This document shows positions 33,148 to 43,498 of a stretch of 64,000 bases of DNA, in pieces. Below the pieces are notes generated by a model. The model made no database searches, had not been told where the DNA came from, and saw nothing but the letters and a program-made list of their open reading frames with translations. Positions within the stretch are counted from its first letter, which is position 1, and each line of letters opens with the position of its first letter. The stretch covers positions 79,466-143,465 of the forward strand of contig CAVYJC010000007.1 in assembly GCA_963768715.1 (NCBI GenBank), written 5' to 3'. A program made the translations under genes and the position numbers. This stretch comes from an uncultured Bacteroidota bacterium (GTDB lineage Bacteria; Bacteroidota; Rhodothermia; Rhodothermales; DATKEJ01).

Positions 33148-34380
33148 TTAGTTGTGCTCTTGCATTTGCTTGGCGACCGCCTGTACCTCCGACCAAACGC
33201 GGAGAAGGTTCTCTCCCATGACCTTTCGCACGTCGTCGTCGGAATATCCTCGTTTGAGGAGCTGGTAGATGAGGTTCGGATAGGCGGACACGTCTTTCAA
33301 ACCCGTTGGAAGCGTGTCGCCGACGCCGTCGAAGTCGGATCCGATGCCGACGTGGTCGATACTCGTGAGCTTGACGGCGTGATCGATGTGATCTGCCACA
33401 TCCGAAACGTCGGCGAGCGGCGCGGGGTGATCCTTTCGATACTGCTCGATATACGCCTGGGCCTCATCACTCCCCTGATCGATATTGTTTTCCTTGAAAT
33501 ACTTCCGGATCTCGGCGTAGGCGTTGAATCCCGACTTGTTCGCCGCTTCCGTGAGGAAGCTGGAGCCGAAGGTGATCTGGATGACGCCGCCGTGATCTGC
33601 AAGCATCTGGATCATCTCGTCCGTCATGTTCCGCTCGAAGCCGGGCGTGAAGTATCGCGCCGAAGAATGCGATGCAATGGGAGGCGCCTCGGTAATAGCC
33701 ATGACGTCGTAGAACGCCGAGTCGGACACGTGCGAAATGTCGACCATGATGCCAAGTCGGTTCATCTCGTGGACGACCTGTTCTCCGAATGGACTCAATC
33801 CGTTCCATTTCCGCTCCTCATCGTAGGACGAGTCGGAGATTTGATTCACCTTGCTGTGCGTAAGCGTGATGTAGCTGATTCCTCGATCGTGAAAATGCGT
33901 CAGCTTGGCGAGATCGACGATTGGCGCGCCGTTTTCCATCCCCATCGGGAGTGAGATCAGGCCCTTCTGAAACTGACTCCGAACGTCGGCGGGCGACTTC
34001 GCGATGGCGAATTTGTCCGGCGCATGCGTGACGAATCCCTCAACCATGTCGATCAGCGAATCGGCAAACTCCGGCGCGCCGCCGGTCTCCTGGTATTCGG
34101 CCGGTATGTAGATGGACATGAAGGGGGCATTCAGTCCTCCTTTGACCGCACGCGGATAATCAAAATTCCCACCCTCGGCAGATTGCGAGACATCCTCCCA
34201 CTTTTCTGTCATCCGATACGGCACGTCGATGTGCGTATCGACGAGAATGGCCTGGTGAGCCAGTTCTCGGGCATGCGCCATCATCGCCGCGTCGTCGGAG
34301 TTGCCGTCTTGCGCCCGTGTGGCTGTCGGCAGGAAAATGGTCGCGAGAAATAGCGTCGAGAGGAGTACGGATCGTAGCAT
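33148..34380 (-). CDS. Membrane dipeptidase (peptidase M19 family), secreted or lipoprotein
   Basis: Signal MLRSVLLSTLFLATIFLPTATRAQ. Also contains VDTHIDVPYR, ITLTHSKVN, MVDISHVSD, SHSSAR and GIGSDFDG. Confidence 0.85.
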   Translation of the reverse strand: MLRSVLLSTLFLATIFLPTATRAQDGNSDDAAMMAHARELAHQAILVDTHIDVPYRMTEKWEDVSQSAEGGNFDYPRAVKGGLNAPFMSIYIPAEYQETGGAPEFADSLIDMVEGFVTHAPDKFAIAKSPADVRSQFQKGLISLPMGMENGAPIVDLAKLTHFHDRGISYITLTHSKVNQISDSSYDEERKWNGLSPFGEQVVHEMNRLGIMVDISHVSDSAFYDVMAITEAPPIASHSSARYFTPGFERNMTDEMIQMLADHGGVIQITFGSSFLTEAANKSGFNAYAEIRKYFKENNIDQGSDEAQAYIEQYRKDHPAPLADVSDVADHIDHAVKLTSIDHVGIGSDFDGVGDTLPTGLKDVSAYPNLIYQLLKRGYSDDDVRKVMGENLLRVWSEVQAVAKQMQEHN

Positions 34381-34489
34381 TAGATTCACGTTGCTTAGGA
34401 GGTGCGCGAGGATCGTACCCAATGTAAGAAGCTCAGGCGATTTACGCCGCCCCTGTCAGCTTGCCACGCCGCCGAACTATCGCCGATGC

Positions 34490-36307
34490 CTAACGATCGA
34501 CCCACTCCCTCACGGAGAGGTTGTTGAAATCGAGAACGCGGTGTGTCTTGCCGTAGCGGAGCTCCAGTTTCTTGCTTCCGCGATCCGCATGCATGTACGG
34601 TCCGTCGAACAGTGGCCAGTGTTCGTAATCCAGCTTCAGGCCGTCGACGGTGGGAACCTGGCCATAGGTGAACGACATTCGGTGACCCTGCAGCGACGTG
34701 TAGTCGACGGACGGAACCGAGTCCATCGACACCATCAGGGGGAGACTCACGATCGCTCGCTTGAAGCCGTTGATGCCCTCGAACTCGGACACCGGCGCAA
34801 CCTGCACCACAGCGCCATTCTTGAGTGACGCGCTGTGCAGACGCGACGATCCGTCTTCTTCAGCTTCCCAGACATACGGTGCGAGCGGATAGTAGGCTAT
34901 GTACGCGTCGCCCCCGCGTGCGAAAATCCATCCCGACTCATCTTCGAATCGCTCCTTCAGGTCACGCGAAAAGAAACCGTTGATATGAGGGTATCGCGTG
35001 CCTTCCGGGATATTGTAAAGCACGATCAGTGCATCCTCGTGCTGAAATACTTTCTCGTAGGGCGATCCGCCGGTCCACTTATCCGGCGAGTCGTAGGTCG
35101 TCTTCGACCGGACAACCCCTTCGGTGAGCCACCCTGTAATCCAGGAGAAATACATACCCAGCTCCTTGTAGGACGAGTACGGATGGATGGTGAACAGGGT
35201 GTTCTCGGCATCCTGGGGATGAGGGACAGCCCACGTTACGTCCCACGTATGCTGCTGGATCGGCTGGAGCAGCCCCCCTTGGAGAGATCCGATGGCATAC
35301 TCCTTCCGCATGTAAGTCGTCTTGTAGACCGGCGCATTCTTGACGTCGCTGAATCGCATTCTGTGCCTTGTCCGCTTCAACTCACGGTGCTCGTAGGCGA
35401 CATGCCGATCGGTCGCAATGTGATAAATGATCTCCGGCGGCTCGAATCCGCTCAGAGCCAGAATGAGGTTTTCTCCACGCGGATAGAAGGTCGTGTTGCC
35501 GAACATGAGCCAGGATATGCCGGTCGACGCCGTATGCCATTGGTTTTTCACAGGATCCGGATAGGTTCGGCTGTGTCCTCCCGTGTATAGACCGTCGAGA
35601 TCCTCTGCGGCAAAATCGGAAAGAAGCCACTCCAGCATCATTCCGGCCCGGATCTTCATTTCCGGATCCTTGGCCCAGGTATACAACTGCGACATGGGGA
35701 TGATGTAAACGCCGTAGTAATCGGGCGAGTCGAACTCACCCTGACCGATGGTCGTCGTGAGATCCATCCAGGAGATGAGGTACTCTTCGGCCTCGTCGAA
35801 ATTCTCCGTCGAGCTCTTTCCATTGAACCACTCGGTCCCCGGTTCATTGGGATACATCTGCGTGATGAGATACATCGCCGTGTAGTACATCGCCCAGTGG
35901 TTCTCCGTATCGCCCCGGTACGGGTGATACGTCTTCCACAACGAGCGCATGCGAGCCTGCGTGTCCGCCGGAAGGTTGTCCTTTCCGGCATACGTGACCT
36001 CGATGAACGGGTACATCCAGAACATGTCGCCGCGAGGGTCGGCCATGAGCGTATCGAGGCGTGCAACGCACCAGTCTATGTCCTTGCCACGGAAAAGCTT
36101 CGCCGCGATGTCGATGAAGCCTCCGTGCGAATAGTCATCCGCCGGCACTTGGTCGGCGAAATAGTCGATCAGACTGTCGCGCCTCGCCTGAAGGGCCTTG
36201 TGGAGGTCGTATTGCATGGACTGCGCCGGCAACTCGCCCGCGCAGAGTAACATCAGCAGCGGCAGGGCCGCCCAGAAAGTTTTCTTTGACATATCAGTCG
36301 CTCTCAT
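34490..36307 (-). CDS. Hypothetical secreted protein (about 600 aa, no domain recognised)
   Basis: Long clean ORF with signal MSKKTFWAALPLLMLLCAGELPAQS. The ATG at 36307 overlaps the upstream stop (ATGA); an alternative start is at 36292. Confidence 0.6.
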   Translation of the reverse strand: MRATDMSKKTFWAALPLLMLLCAGELPAQSMQYDLHKALQARRDSLIDYFADQVPADDYSHGGFIDIAAKLFRGKDIDWCVARLDTLMADPRGDMFWMYPFIEVTYAGKDNLPADTQARMRSLWKTYHPYRGDTENHWAMYYTAMYLITQMYPNEPGTEWFNGKSSTENFDEAEEYLISWMDLTTTIGQGEFDSPDYYGVYIIPMSQLYTWAKDPEMKIRAGMMLEWLLSDFAAEDLDGLYTGGHSRTYPDPVKNQWHTASTGISWLMFGNTTFYPRGENLILALSGFEPPEIIYHIATDRHVAYEHRELKRTRHRMRFSDVKNAPVYKTTYMRKEYAIGSLQGGLLQPIQQHTWDVTWAVPHPQDAENTLFTIHPYSSYKELGMYFSWITGWLTEGVVRSKTTYDSPDKWTGGSPYEKVFQHEDALIVLYNIPEGTRYPHINGFFSRDLKERFEDESGWIFARGGDAYIAYYPLAPYVWEAEEDGSSRLHSASLKNGAVVQVAPVSEFEGINGFKRAIVSLPLMVSMDSVPSVDYTSLQGHRMSFTYGQVPTVDGLKLDYEHWPLFDGPYMHADRGSKKLELRYGKTHRVLDFNNLSVREWVDR

Positions 36308-37278
36308 TGGTCCACAAAGACCATGTCGTAAACCATCGTGCCGTTCATGCCGGCATAGGTCCAGGTGGCTCCGCTGTCATCGCTATGGAAAATTCCGGCT
36401 TCTTTCGTTCCGATCCACAAACGGCCCGGCGCGTTCGGATCGAAAACCAGCTCGTCCAAATACGGGGTCGGTAGCCCGTCCCCTATTTGGCGCCACGACT
36501 GGCCGGCGTCCTCCGTCAGAAATGCACCGCTGCCATAGGTGACGAACGCGAATCGGTCAGCGCTCGTCGGATCGGCCGCAACCCCGGTGACCTCCGAGTC
36601 GGCATCTTTAGACAGGTTCCAGGTGACTCCACCGTCCTTAGAGAGATAGGCGCTCCCAGCCCGCGATCCGGTGATCCAGCGGTCGGGGTTGGCTGCACTC
36701 TGGGCAATGTCGATCATGGGCGCAACCGGACCGACAAGCGCCCAATGTGCGCTCGCATCCGACGTGACGTAAACGCCCCCCTCGGTGGCAGCCAGCGCGC
36801 GTCGGGGCGTCTTGCGATCTGCCACGATTGCCTGGGTGTAATGCTCCTTCATCCCCTCACTCGATTCGTACCAAGTCATTCCGTCATCCACCGAGTGCCA
36901 GACTCCATAGGAGGTGGCGAGATAGATCAGATGTTCGTCGAAGTGATCAATGGCGATATGTTGCGCCTCGGTGACGCGCCAATCCGTCGTGATCTTCCAG
37001 GTTTTGCCGCCGTCCGCGGACCGAAATTCGCCGTTCCCGGTTGCCAAGTGCCACGTACCCGTCGTTTTGCCGTACGCGATACCGCTGACGAAAGGATGGT
37101 TCCAACCCATGTGCGCCCAGGTCGTGTCCTGGACGTATCGGAACAAACCACTTTCCTGGAGCTTCGCGCCGACCACGTAACCTTTGGAATTACCTAAGCC
37201 TACGTATAGTGTCGACTGTGCAACGACAGTCGATCCGATCGCGGCGACTAATGCCGAAGTCAGAATGAGCTTGCGCAT
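36304..37278 (-). CDS. BNR/Asp-box repeat beta-propeller protein (sialidase-like or Ycf48-like fold), secreted
   Basis: Has five S/T-x-D-x-G-x-T/S-W boxes: SADGGKTW, SVDDGMTW, SKDGGVTW, TEDAGQSW and SDDSGATW. The signal is MRKLILTSALVAAIGSTVVAQ. Confidence 0.75.
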   Translation of the reverse strand: MRKLILTSALVAAIGSTVVAQSTLYVGLGNSKGYVVGAKLQESGLFRYVQDTTWAHMGWNHPFVSGIAYGKTTGTWHLATGNGEFRSADGGKTWKITTDWRVTEAQHIAIDHFDEHLIYLATSYGVWHSVDDGMTWYESSEGMKEHYTQAIVADRKTPRRALAATEGGVYVTSDASAHWALVGPVAPMIDIAQSAANPDRWITGSRAGSAYLSKDGGVTWNLSKDADSEVTGVAADPTSADRFAFVTYGSGAFLTEDAGQSWRQIGDGLPTPYLDELVFDPNAPGRLWIGTKEAGIFHSDDSGATWTYAGMNGTMVYDMVFVDQ

Positions 37279-37382
37279 GAGGAGATTCGTGTTCTTCAAA
37301 GATGCCGGACGAAAGTACGAACCTTCTCGATCCCCGTTGCGACAAGCAGTGGTTCTACGCAGCCAATTCAAACGCACAGCGC

Positions 37383-38204
37383 TCAGCCTACCTCAACGAC
37401 CGACTTGCCGTCGACGGTAACCCACTTCCCGCACGGCCCTCCTTCAGGACTCTCGTCGAGCTCGACGACGCTTCCATCCATCCTGAGAACGGGATGGTAG
37501 TAGTCGGCCACGCGTTCAGCATCGCCGTCGATGTAGTGCCCGATCAGACTTGCTCGAAAGCGATCTCGGCTGACATTGGGCAGACTGCCGTGGATCAGAA
37601 GACCGTCGAAAAAAAGGACATCTCCAGCCTCCATCGGTATCGGGATGGACTCGAGTTCGGGCGGCAGCTCTGATCCTACGCCCGTAAAGCTCACGGAAGT
37701 GTCTGCTTCGGCGCTGCAAAGCAGCGGGAGCTTGTGCGAACCGGGGACGACACGCAGGCAGCCGTTTTCTTCGTCGATCGTCTCGAGTGCCATCCAGGCC
37801 GCCATGCACACACCCGGCTTGACGCGAAGGAAGAGCTGGTCCTGATGAAGCGCCTGGCCGCGTGCGCCGGCAGGCTTGAAGTAAAGCATGGTTTGCACAG
37901 CGTACGGAGTGCGACCGCAGAGGCGCTCCAACCAGTCCCTGATGCGCGCGTCGAGAAGCCAGTCGAGGCTCGTCTCGTCCCAACGGTGCATATGGATCAT
38001 GCGCGGATACGCCTTCAACGGGTCGTCGTCGCCCGCCGCCTCGCCAGACCAATCGTCCTTATAGGACTTATTAGCCCTCAAATCGAAATAATGGGCACGG
38101 TACGCCGCCGCCTCTTCCGGAGAAAAGAGACCTTTCGCGACTACGAATCCACTCTCCGCGTAAACCGAAACATCCGACTGTTTCGCCTCGATCCAACCGT
38201 CCAT
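37383..38204 (-). CDS. Phytanoyl-CoA dioxygenase (PhyH) family Fe(II)/2-oxoglutarate oxygenase
   Basis: Contains GFVVAKGLFS, ALHQDQ (HxD), VVPGSHK and LIHGSLPN. Confidence 0.75.
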   Translation of the reverse strand: MDGWIEAKQSDVSVYAESGFVVAKGLFSPEEAAAYRAHYFDLRANKSYKDDWSGEAAGDDDPLKAYPRMIHMHRWDETSLDWLLDARIRDWLERLCGRTPYAVQTMLYFKPAGARGQALHQDQLFLRVKPGVCMAAWMALETIDEENGCLRVVPGSHKLPLLCSAEADTSVSFTGVGSELPPELESIPIPMEAGDVLFFDGLLIHGSLPNVSRDRFRASLIGHYIDGDAERVADYYHPVLRMDGSVVELDESPEGGPCGKWVTVDGKSVVEVG

Positions 38205-38427
38205 GCACCTCCAAATTTTGACTACCGAGTCAGGCCGCAAACTATAACGCTACGACCCATTTGAACGTCGGTTCCGACGTTTTGATGCCACCTATAGCTG
38301 TAGGGAACGACCCTACGTTGAGGAAGCCGCAACCCCCTCTTAGCAGACACGGCCCGACCTGTCGCTGCAGCGCCCGTAAGCAACGAATTTGCGGATAGCC
38401 AATGGTCCTGACCAAATGGAGGGCACG

Positions 38428-38946
38428 ATGCTTACCGCGACTTCTCCAGCTACGCAATTGACCGCCAAAGATCTGATGACGACACGGATCCTTGCCGTTC
38501 CGACCGACATGCCGGTCGAGCAACTTGCCGAGTTCCTTGTCAGTCACAACATATCGGGAGCTCCGGTAGTGAACGAGGAGGAAGCGCTCGTCGGCGTCGT
38601 CTCGTTGACGGACCTTGCGCGTCATGAAGGAATCCCGCTTCATCGAAATTCGAGCGATGACCGCCATGACTTCTACCTTCGCCTCGAGATCGACTCCCTG
38701 AGTGATTTCGGCATCGAAGACGTCGAGTCATTCAGGATCGGAGGATCGCCGGACATCACGGTAGCCGACATAATGACTCCGACGATTTTCAATGTTCACG
38801 AGGGTACTCCCATTCAAACGGTTGCCGACTACATGCTCCGCGGGAGGATCCACCGGCAGTTTGTCACCCGTGGGGATCAAGTCGTCGGCGTGATCACCGC
38901 GATGGACCTCTTGAGGGTCATCCGCGACCTGCCGCTGGAACTCTAA
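38428..38946 (+). CDS. CBS domain pair protein
   Basis: Two CBS modules are present (AKDLMTTRILAV...ISGAPVVNEEEALVGVVSLTDL and VADIMTPTIFNV...RIHRQFVTRGDQVVGVITAMDLL). The ATG at 38428 follows GGAGGG. Confidence 0.8.
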   Translation: MLTATSPATQLTAKDLMTTRILAVPTDMPVEQLAEFLVSHNISGAPVVNEEEALVGVVSLTDLARHEGIPLHRNSSDDRHDFYLRLEIDSLSDFGIEDVESFRIGGSPDITVADIMTPTIFNVHEGTPIQTVADYMLRGRIHRQFVTRGDQVVGVITAMDLLRVIRDLPLEL

Positions 38947-38984
38947 CGCTGACCGGCGTACGGCGCGTTACGTCCACCAGGGAC

Positions 38985-39012
38985 GTGCGTCGCACTTATA
39001 GGTGCGTCGCAC
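38985..39012. promoter_or_regulatory. Two direct copies of the 11-bp palindrome GTGCGTCGCAC separated by 6 nt, about 100 nt upstream of the D-aminoacylase gene
   Basis: Read directly at 38985-38995 and 39002-39012. An operator role is inference. Confidence 0.35.
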
Positions 39013-39106
39013 TCCGATGCGCGTCAGCAACCAATTCTTCAGGCGCTCCAACTCGCGCATGTGTAGATTTGAGTCGTTTGCCCCTTGAGGTTCCTCCTGT
39101 CTCCCC

Positions 39107-40786
39107 ATGAAACGACGTGAGTTCCTGCAGGTCGGCGTTGCCGCCGTCCCCGCACTCTTCTCCTTTCCGAACATAATTACCCCTCGAAACGTGAAGTCGA
39201 CCCGGATCCTCTTCAAGGGTGGACTCCTTTTCGACGGCCTCGGATCACCGCCCGTCGAGGCAGACGTGCTCGTCGAAGACGATCGTATCCATTCCTTCGG
39301 ACCTGACCTGGATGGCGGTGATGCCTTCGTTTTCTCCATTAAGGGCATGGCGATCGCCCCGGGATTCATCGACATACACGGCCACACCGATCTCTCGCTC
39401 CTCGTCGATTCGAGAGCGGTCAGCAAAGTGCACCAGGGCGTCACGACGGAAGTGGTCGGGCAGGATGGCGATTCGATGGGTCCGCTCCGGGAGGACGTTT
39501 TCGAGGAGTTGCGCGATGCGTATATGAATCAGTACGGCGTGGTCATCGATTTTCGGTATCTGCCCGAATTCTTCTCGCGTATCGAGCAGTCGGGTACATC
39601 GATGAACCTCGCCTCAATGGTCGGGGCGGGCACGATTCGTCAGTTCGTCGTGGGCGACGAAGACCGGGAGGCCACGCCTCGTGAGATGGAGGAAATGAGA
39701 GCGATGGTGAGGGCGGCGCTGGCAAGCGGAGCCTGCGGACTTTCATCGGGTCTGGAGTACCTGCCTGGGGCATTCGCATCGGCGGACGAACTGATCGCGC
39801 TCGCGTCGGAGCTGCGCGGATCGGGGCTTCCATACGCCACGCACATGCGGAACGAGGACGACCGCGGGCTGGGTGCCATCGAGGAAGCTCTGCACATCGG
39901 CCGCATGGCAGACGTCCCCGTACAGCTTTCGCACCTGAAGGCGCTCGGCCAACGCAACTGGTGGAAGGCTCCCATTGCGCTCGAAATGATTGACTCAGTG
40001 CACGCGGAGGGACGCGACGTTACGGCGGATCGATATCCCTACGTCGCGTACAGTACCACGCTGGCCGCTCTTTTTCCGGTATGGGTCAGGGAAGGTGGGG
40101 CCGAGGCGTTCATTGCACGCCTGTCCGATCCAGATCAGGAGCCTCGGATCAAGGAGGCGGTTGCATCGAAAATTGCCAGGCTCGGCGACTGGAATGCGGC
40201 CCAGATCACCATGACGGTGGATCCCGCTCTGTCATGGGCCAATGGGCGGCGACTCGGCGATCTGTCGGCTGAACGGAACGAGCCCCCATATCAGGTCCTT
40301 CGGAATTTGATTATCGGCGACAGGAGTAGAACCGGGATGGTGGGCTTCGGGATGAGCGAGGAGAATACGGTGTTGATCCTGTCGCACCCCTCGACCATGA
40401 TCTGCTCCGACGGTGGTGCACGGGCGCCGTCGGGACCGCTGGCCAAAGGATCACCGCATCCGCGCTGCTATGGGACTTTCCCGCGGGTGCTGGGCCGTTA
40501 TGTGCGGGAGCTGCACGCCTTCTCCCTTGAAACCGCCATCCGGAAAATGACGAGCATGCCCGCCGACCGAATCGGTCTCAATGGGCGCGGACGAATCGAG
40601 CCGGGAGCCTTCGCCGATCTCGTCGTTTTCGATCCTGATCATGTAGTTGACCGGGCCACGTTTGAAAATCCACACCAGTTGCCGCTCGGTATCCCCCACG
40701 TCATGGTGAATGGCGAGTTCGTGGTGAGAAACGGTGAGCATACGTCGCAAACTCCCGGACGAATCGTTCGCCCCTCTACTCCGTAG
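39107..40786 (+). CDS. N-acyl-D-amino-acid deacylase (D-aminoacylase, amidohydrolase superfamily), Tat-type signal
   Basis: Begins MKRREFLQVGVAAV. Also contains PGFIDIHGHTD, GVTTEV, SGLEY.PG and ATHMRNE... Confidence 0.8.
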   Translation: MKRREFLQVGVAAVPALFSFPNIITPRNVKSTRILFKGGLLFDGLGSPPVEADVLVEDDRIHSFGPDLDGGDAFVFSIKGMAIAPGFIDIHGHTDLSLLVDSRAVSKVHQGVTTEVVGQDGDSMGPLREDVFEELRDAYMNQYGVVIDFRYLPEFFSRIEQSGTSMNLASMVGAGTIRQFVVGDEDREATPREMEEMRAMVRAALASGACGLSSGLEYLPGAFASADELIALASELRGSGLPYATHMRNEDDRGLGAIEEALHIGRMADVPVQLSHLKALGQRNWWKAPIALEMIDSVHAEGRDVTADRYPYVAYSTTLAALFPVWVREGGAEAFIARLSDPDQEPRIKEAVASKIARLGDWNAAQITMTVDPALSWANGRRLGDLSAERNEPPYQVLRNLIIGDRSRTGMVGFGMSEENTVLILSHPSTMICSDGGARAPSGPLAKGSPHPRCYGTFPRVLGRYVRELHAFSLETAIRKMTSMPADRIGLNGRGRIEPGAFADLVVFDPDHVVDRATFENPHQLPLGIPHVMVNGEFVVRNGEHTSQTPGRIVRPSTP

Positions 40787-40826
40787 CGCAACGGCCTCGC
40801 GAACCGCAAGCCTAGATCGAGCCCGC

Positions 40827-41639
40827 ATGCACCACATCTTTATTGTTTCAGACGGAACGGGCCAGACAGCCGAACGAACCCTGAAAGCGGCGCTTACGCA
40901 GTTTACCGCAACCGATGTCGAAATCTCGCGTCGTGCCGAAGTTCGCACTCACGAACAGGCCCTCTACATCATCGAGGAAGCGGCGGCCGTAGACGGCATC
41001 GTCGTGCACACCCTGGTCTCCGACGATCTCCGTAGATCGCTTCGACGCTTCGGCAGACTGCGCGACGTGGAAACGATCGACCTCTTTGGCCCCCTGCTCG
41101 CCCGCCTGTCCGAATACTTCGCCTACACACCCGCCGAGAAGCCGGGACTCTTCCACAAACTCAACGAAGAATATTTCCGGCGGATCGAGTCGATGGAATT
41201 CGCCATCGCACACGACGACGGCATGCGATCGGCCGATCTCCCGAAGGCCGAGATCGTGCTGACCGGGGTCTCCCGTACGTTCAAAACACCACTGAGTATC
41301 TACCTCGCGTTCAAAGGATGGTTTGTTGCTAACATTCCTATAATAATGGACATACCGCCTCCTCCGATCCTGTTCAAATTGAAGCCGGGACGCGTCTTCT
41401 GCCTCACAACCTCTCCGCGCCGGCTGGCCGATCTTAGGAGTATCAGGGACGAGTATCTCGGGAGACGGACGGGCTCCTACGCCGATCCCGATTTTATCCG
41501 CCGTGAACTGGCATACGCCAAACGACTGTTTCGGAAGCGCCCCGACTGGCCGCTGATCGACGTGACGAACAAGCCCATCGAAGAGATTTCGTCTGAGATC
41601 CTTTCCATCGTTCGGAAAGGGGTTGAGGATCCCGGCTGA
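40827..41639 (+). CDS. Pyruvate,phosphate dikinase / PEP synthase regulatory kinase-phosphorylase (DUF299, PpsR/PdrP family)
   Basis: Contains HIFIVSDGTGQTAE, the P-loop-like GVSRTFKTPLS, and IDVTNKPIEE. Confidence 0.8.
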   Translation: MHHIFIVSDGTGQTAERTLKAALTQFTATDVEISRRAEVRTHEQALYIIEEAAAVDGIVVHTLVSDDLRRSLRRFGRLRDVETIDLFGPLLARLSEYFAYTPAEKPGLFHKLNEEYFRRIESMEFAIAHDDGMRSADLPKAEIVLTGVSRTFKTPLSIYLAFKGWFVANIPIIMDIPPPPILFKLKPGRVFCLTTSPRRLADLRSIRDEYLGRRTGSYADPDFIRRELAYAKRLFRKRPDWPLIDVTNKPIEEISSEILSIVRKGVEDPG

Positions 41640-41780
41640 TCGACTCAGAAAGCATCGAACGCCGGATGGTACGTCACCATGCCCGAGGCGAATTTGAGGA
41701 GCCCGTCCGCGAGCTCGAGAGCGAAGAAGAACGGAGCATAGCGCGTTGAATGAGCCGCACGATCCACTTACATTAACCAG

Positions 41781-42413
41781 ATGGTTGACAGCTCCCATGA
41801 ACAGACCGGACATCGCTCGTCTGAAGCGGCGGTTCTCGCCGCGGCGGAGCGCGTTTTCGTCGAGCGCGGCTACAATGGAGCGCGGATGCAGGAGATCGCC
41901 GATGCCGCAGGAATCAACAAGGCGATGCTCCACTACTATTTCCGGTCAAAGGAGAAGCTCTTCCGTACCGTTTTCGGTGGGATTCTCAACCGAACGCTGC
42001 CGCCGCTCGTTGAGGCTCTGGGGTCGGAGCTTCCGCTCGGATTGAAGATTCGACGGTTTATTGAGTCGTACATCGATGCCCTTGAGCGGACGCCCACGCT
42101 GCCGGCCTTCATTCTCGGAGAACTGAACCGGGACGCGTCTTATTTCGACGAGGTCATTCGGGAGGCGGCGGCGCCGATTATACCCGTCCTGGAGCGTCAG
42201 ATCCAGGAAGCGGCGAGTGCTGGCCGGATCAAGTTTGTTGCGGCGCACGACCTGTTGACGACGCTTCTGTCTCTATGCATATTTCCCTTTGTGGCCAGGC
42301 CGTTCCTGTCTGCTGTTTTCGGGATGGATGACGACAGTTACAGAAAGTTCTTGGATTCGCGGAAGGCGACGGTGACGTCGTTCGTGTTCTCGTCGCTCCA
42401 GCCGGAATCGTAA
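41781..42413 (+). CDS. TetR/AcrR-family transcriptional regulator
   Basis: HTH region FVERGYNGARMQEIADAAGINKAMLHYYFRSKEKLF. The short palindrome AACCAGATGGTT overlaps the start codon. Confidence 0.88.
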   Translation: MVDSSHEQTGHRSSEAAVLAAAERVFVERGYNGARMQEIADAAGINKAMLHYYFRSKEKLFRTVFGGILNRTLPPLVEALGSELPLGLKIRRFIESYIDALERTPTLPAFILGELNRDASYFDEVIREAAAPIIPVLERQIQEAASAGRIKFVAAHDLLTTLLSLCIFPFVARPFLSAVFGMDDDSYRKFLDSRKATVTSFVFSSLQPES

Positions 42414-42453
42414 CCGCCAGGTCCCGCATCGTCACGGATTCGCAGTGCAACCG

Positions 42454-43485
42454 TCAGAGATCTGGGACGATGATGCTGCGAATGGTCGAGGTGCCGTTTT
42501 CGAGATCATCCAGAACGGTGTTGATCGATCCGGCCTCGAGAGGAACCGAACGTGAGACGAATGGCGTGAGGTCCAGCATGCCTTGCGCGGCCCATCCGAG
42601 AATACTTTCGAGCTCCGACAAAAGATGGTCGGACACGCCGATAACCTCGGCCTCGCGATTGATCAAATCCGGATAGGGCTGCACGGAAATCCGGTCGTTC
42701 GAAATCCCCGCCAGGGCTGCCCTGCCCTTCGGCGCCAGGACCTTCACGGCCAGCTCGAAAGTCTCCTTCTTGCCAATCAGCTCTACCGCAGTGTCGACTC
42801 CCCGGCCCGAGGTCAATTCACGGATCGCTTCGGCCGGCTGACTGAGACCGTCGATTGCCTCTGCACCCAAATCACGCGCGATCTCGAGCTTTCGCGTATC
42901 GACGTCGACGGCAAAGATCCGATCCGCACCCATGATCCGAGCGAGAAGAATCGCCGACATGCCCAAACCACCGCAACCGACGACGGCGACAGTTTCGCCC
43001 GGGACGAGTCGCGCCTGGCGCAGCGCATGGTACGACGTGGCCGTCGAGCACATCATGATCGCTGCGTGCAGATCCGAAACGCCGTCGGGAACAGCCACGG
43101 CGTTCCGAACCGGCACCACTACAAACTCCGCATAGCCCCCGTCTCGGTGCTTCCCAATCATCTGCCCGCTTCGACAGAATTGCTCCTGCCCGGCGAGACA
43201 GAACGAACACTGACCGCAAGTTACGAGGTAGTGAAGGCACACCCTGCGGCCGAGGAGATGGTCGTCAGTCTGGCTGCCCACCTCCTCTACAATTCCCGCG
43301 ACCTCGTGACCAGGCGTTATGGGAAGGCGGCCCACCGGCGAAGTGCCGGATCTATAGTGCGCGTCGGAGTGGCAAATCCCAGCCGCTGATACCCGGACGA
43401 GAATCTCACCGGAATTCGGCGACGGCCTTTCGATTTCGCGGCCTTCGAGCGGGGCGCCAATCTTGAGAATTTGAACCGCTTTCAT
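42454..43485 (-). CDS. Zinc-dependent alcohol dehydrogenase (MDR family)
   Basis: MKAVQILKIG starts at 43485. Also contains GICHSD, GHEVAGIV, C..C..C..G and VVGCGGLG. The 10-codon upstream extension in the track (MKTCQVSLTT) is translation of the palindromic element. Confidence 0.88.
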   Translation of the reverse strand: MKAVQILKIGAPLEGREIERPSPNSGEILVRVSAAGICHSDAHYRSGTSPVGRLPITPGHEVAGIVEEVGSQTDDHLLGRRVCLHYLVTCGQCSFCLAGQEQFCRSGQMIGKHRDGGYAEFVVVPVRNAVAVPDGVSDLHAAIMMCSTATSYHALRQARLVPGETVAVVGCGGLGMSAILLARIMGADRIFAVDVDTRKLEIARDLGAEAIDGLSQPAEAIRELTSGRGVDTAVELIGKKETFELAVKVLAPKGRAALAGISNDRISVQPYPDLINREAEVIGVSDHLLSELESILGWAAQGMLDLTPFVSRSVPLEAGSINTVLDDLENGTSTIRSIIVPDL

Positions 43486-43498
43486 GGTCGTTAGGGAG

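Noticed and set aside
40848-41933. 361-aa minus-strand ORF opposite the DUF299 kinase gene. Similar long shadows are 16045..17103(+), 17673..18491(-), 27706..28860(-), 47138..48097(+), 48143..49003(+), 55638..56324(+), 57089..57895(+), 59543..60256(+), 60699..61475(+), 6340..7080(-), 20087..20767(-) and 24777..25721(+)
   Set aside because: Each lies antisense to a gene with clear family motifs. They show Arg/Gly/Asp/His-rich, low-hydrophobicity composition and lack recognisable domains.
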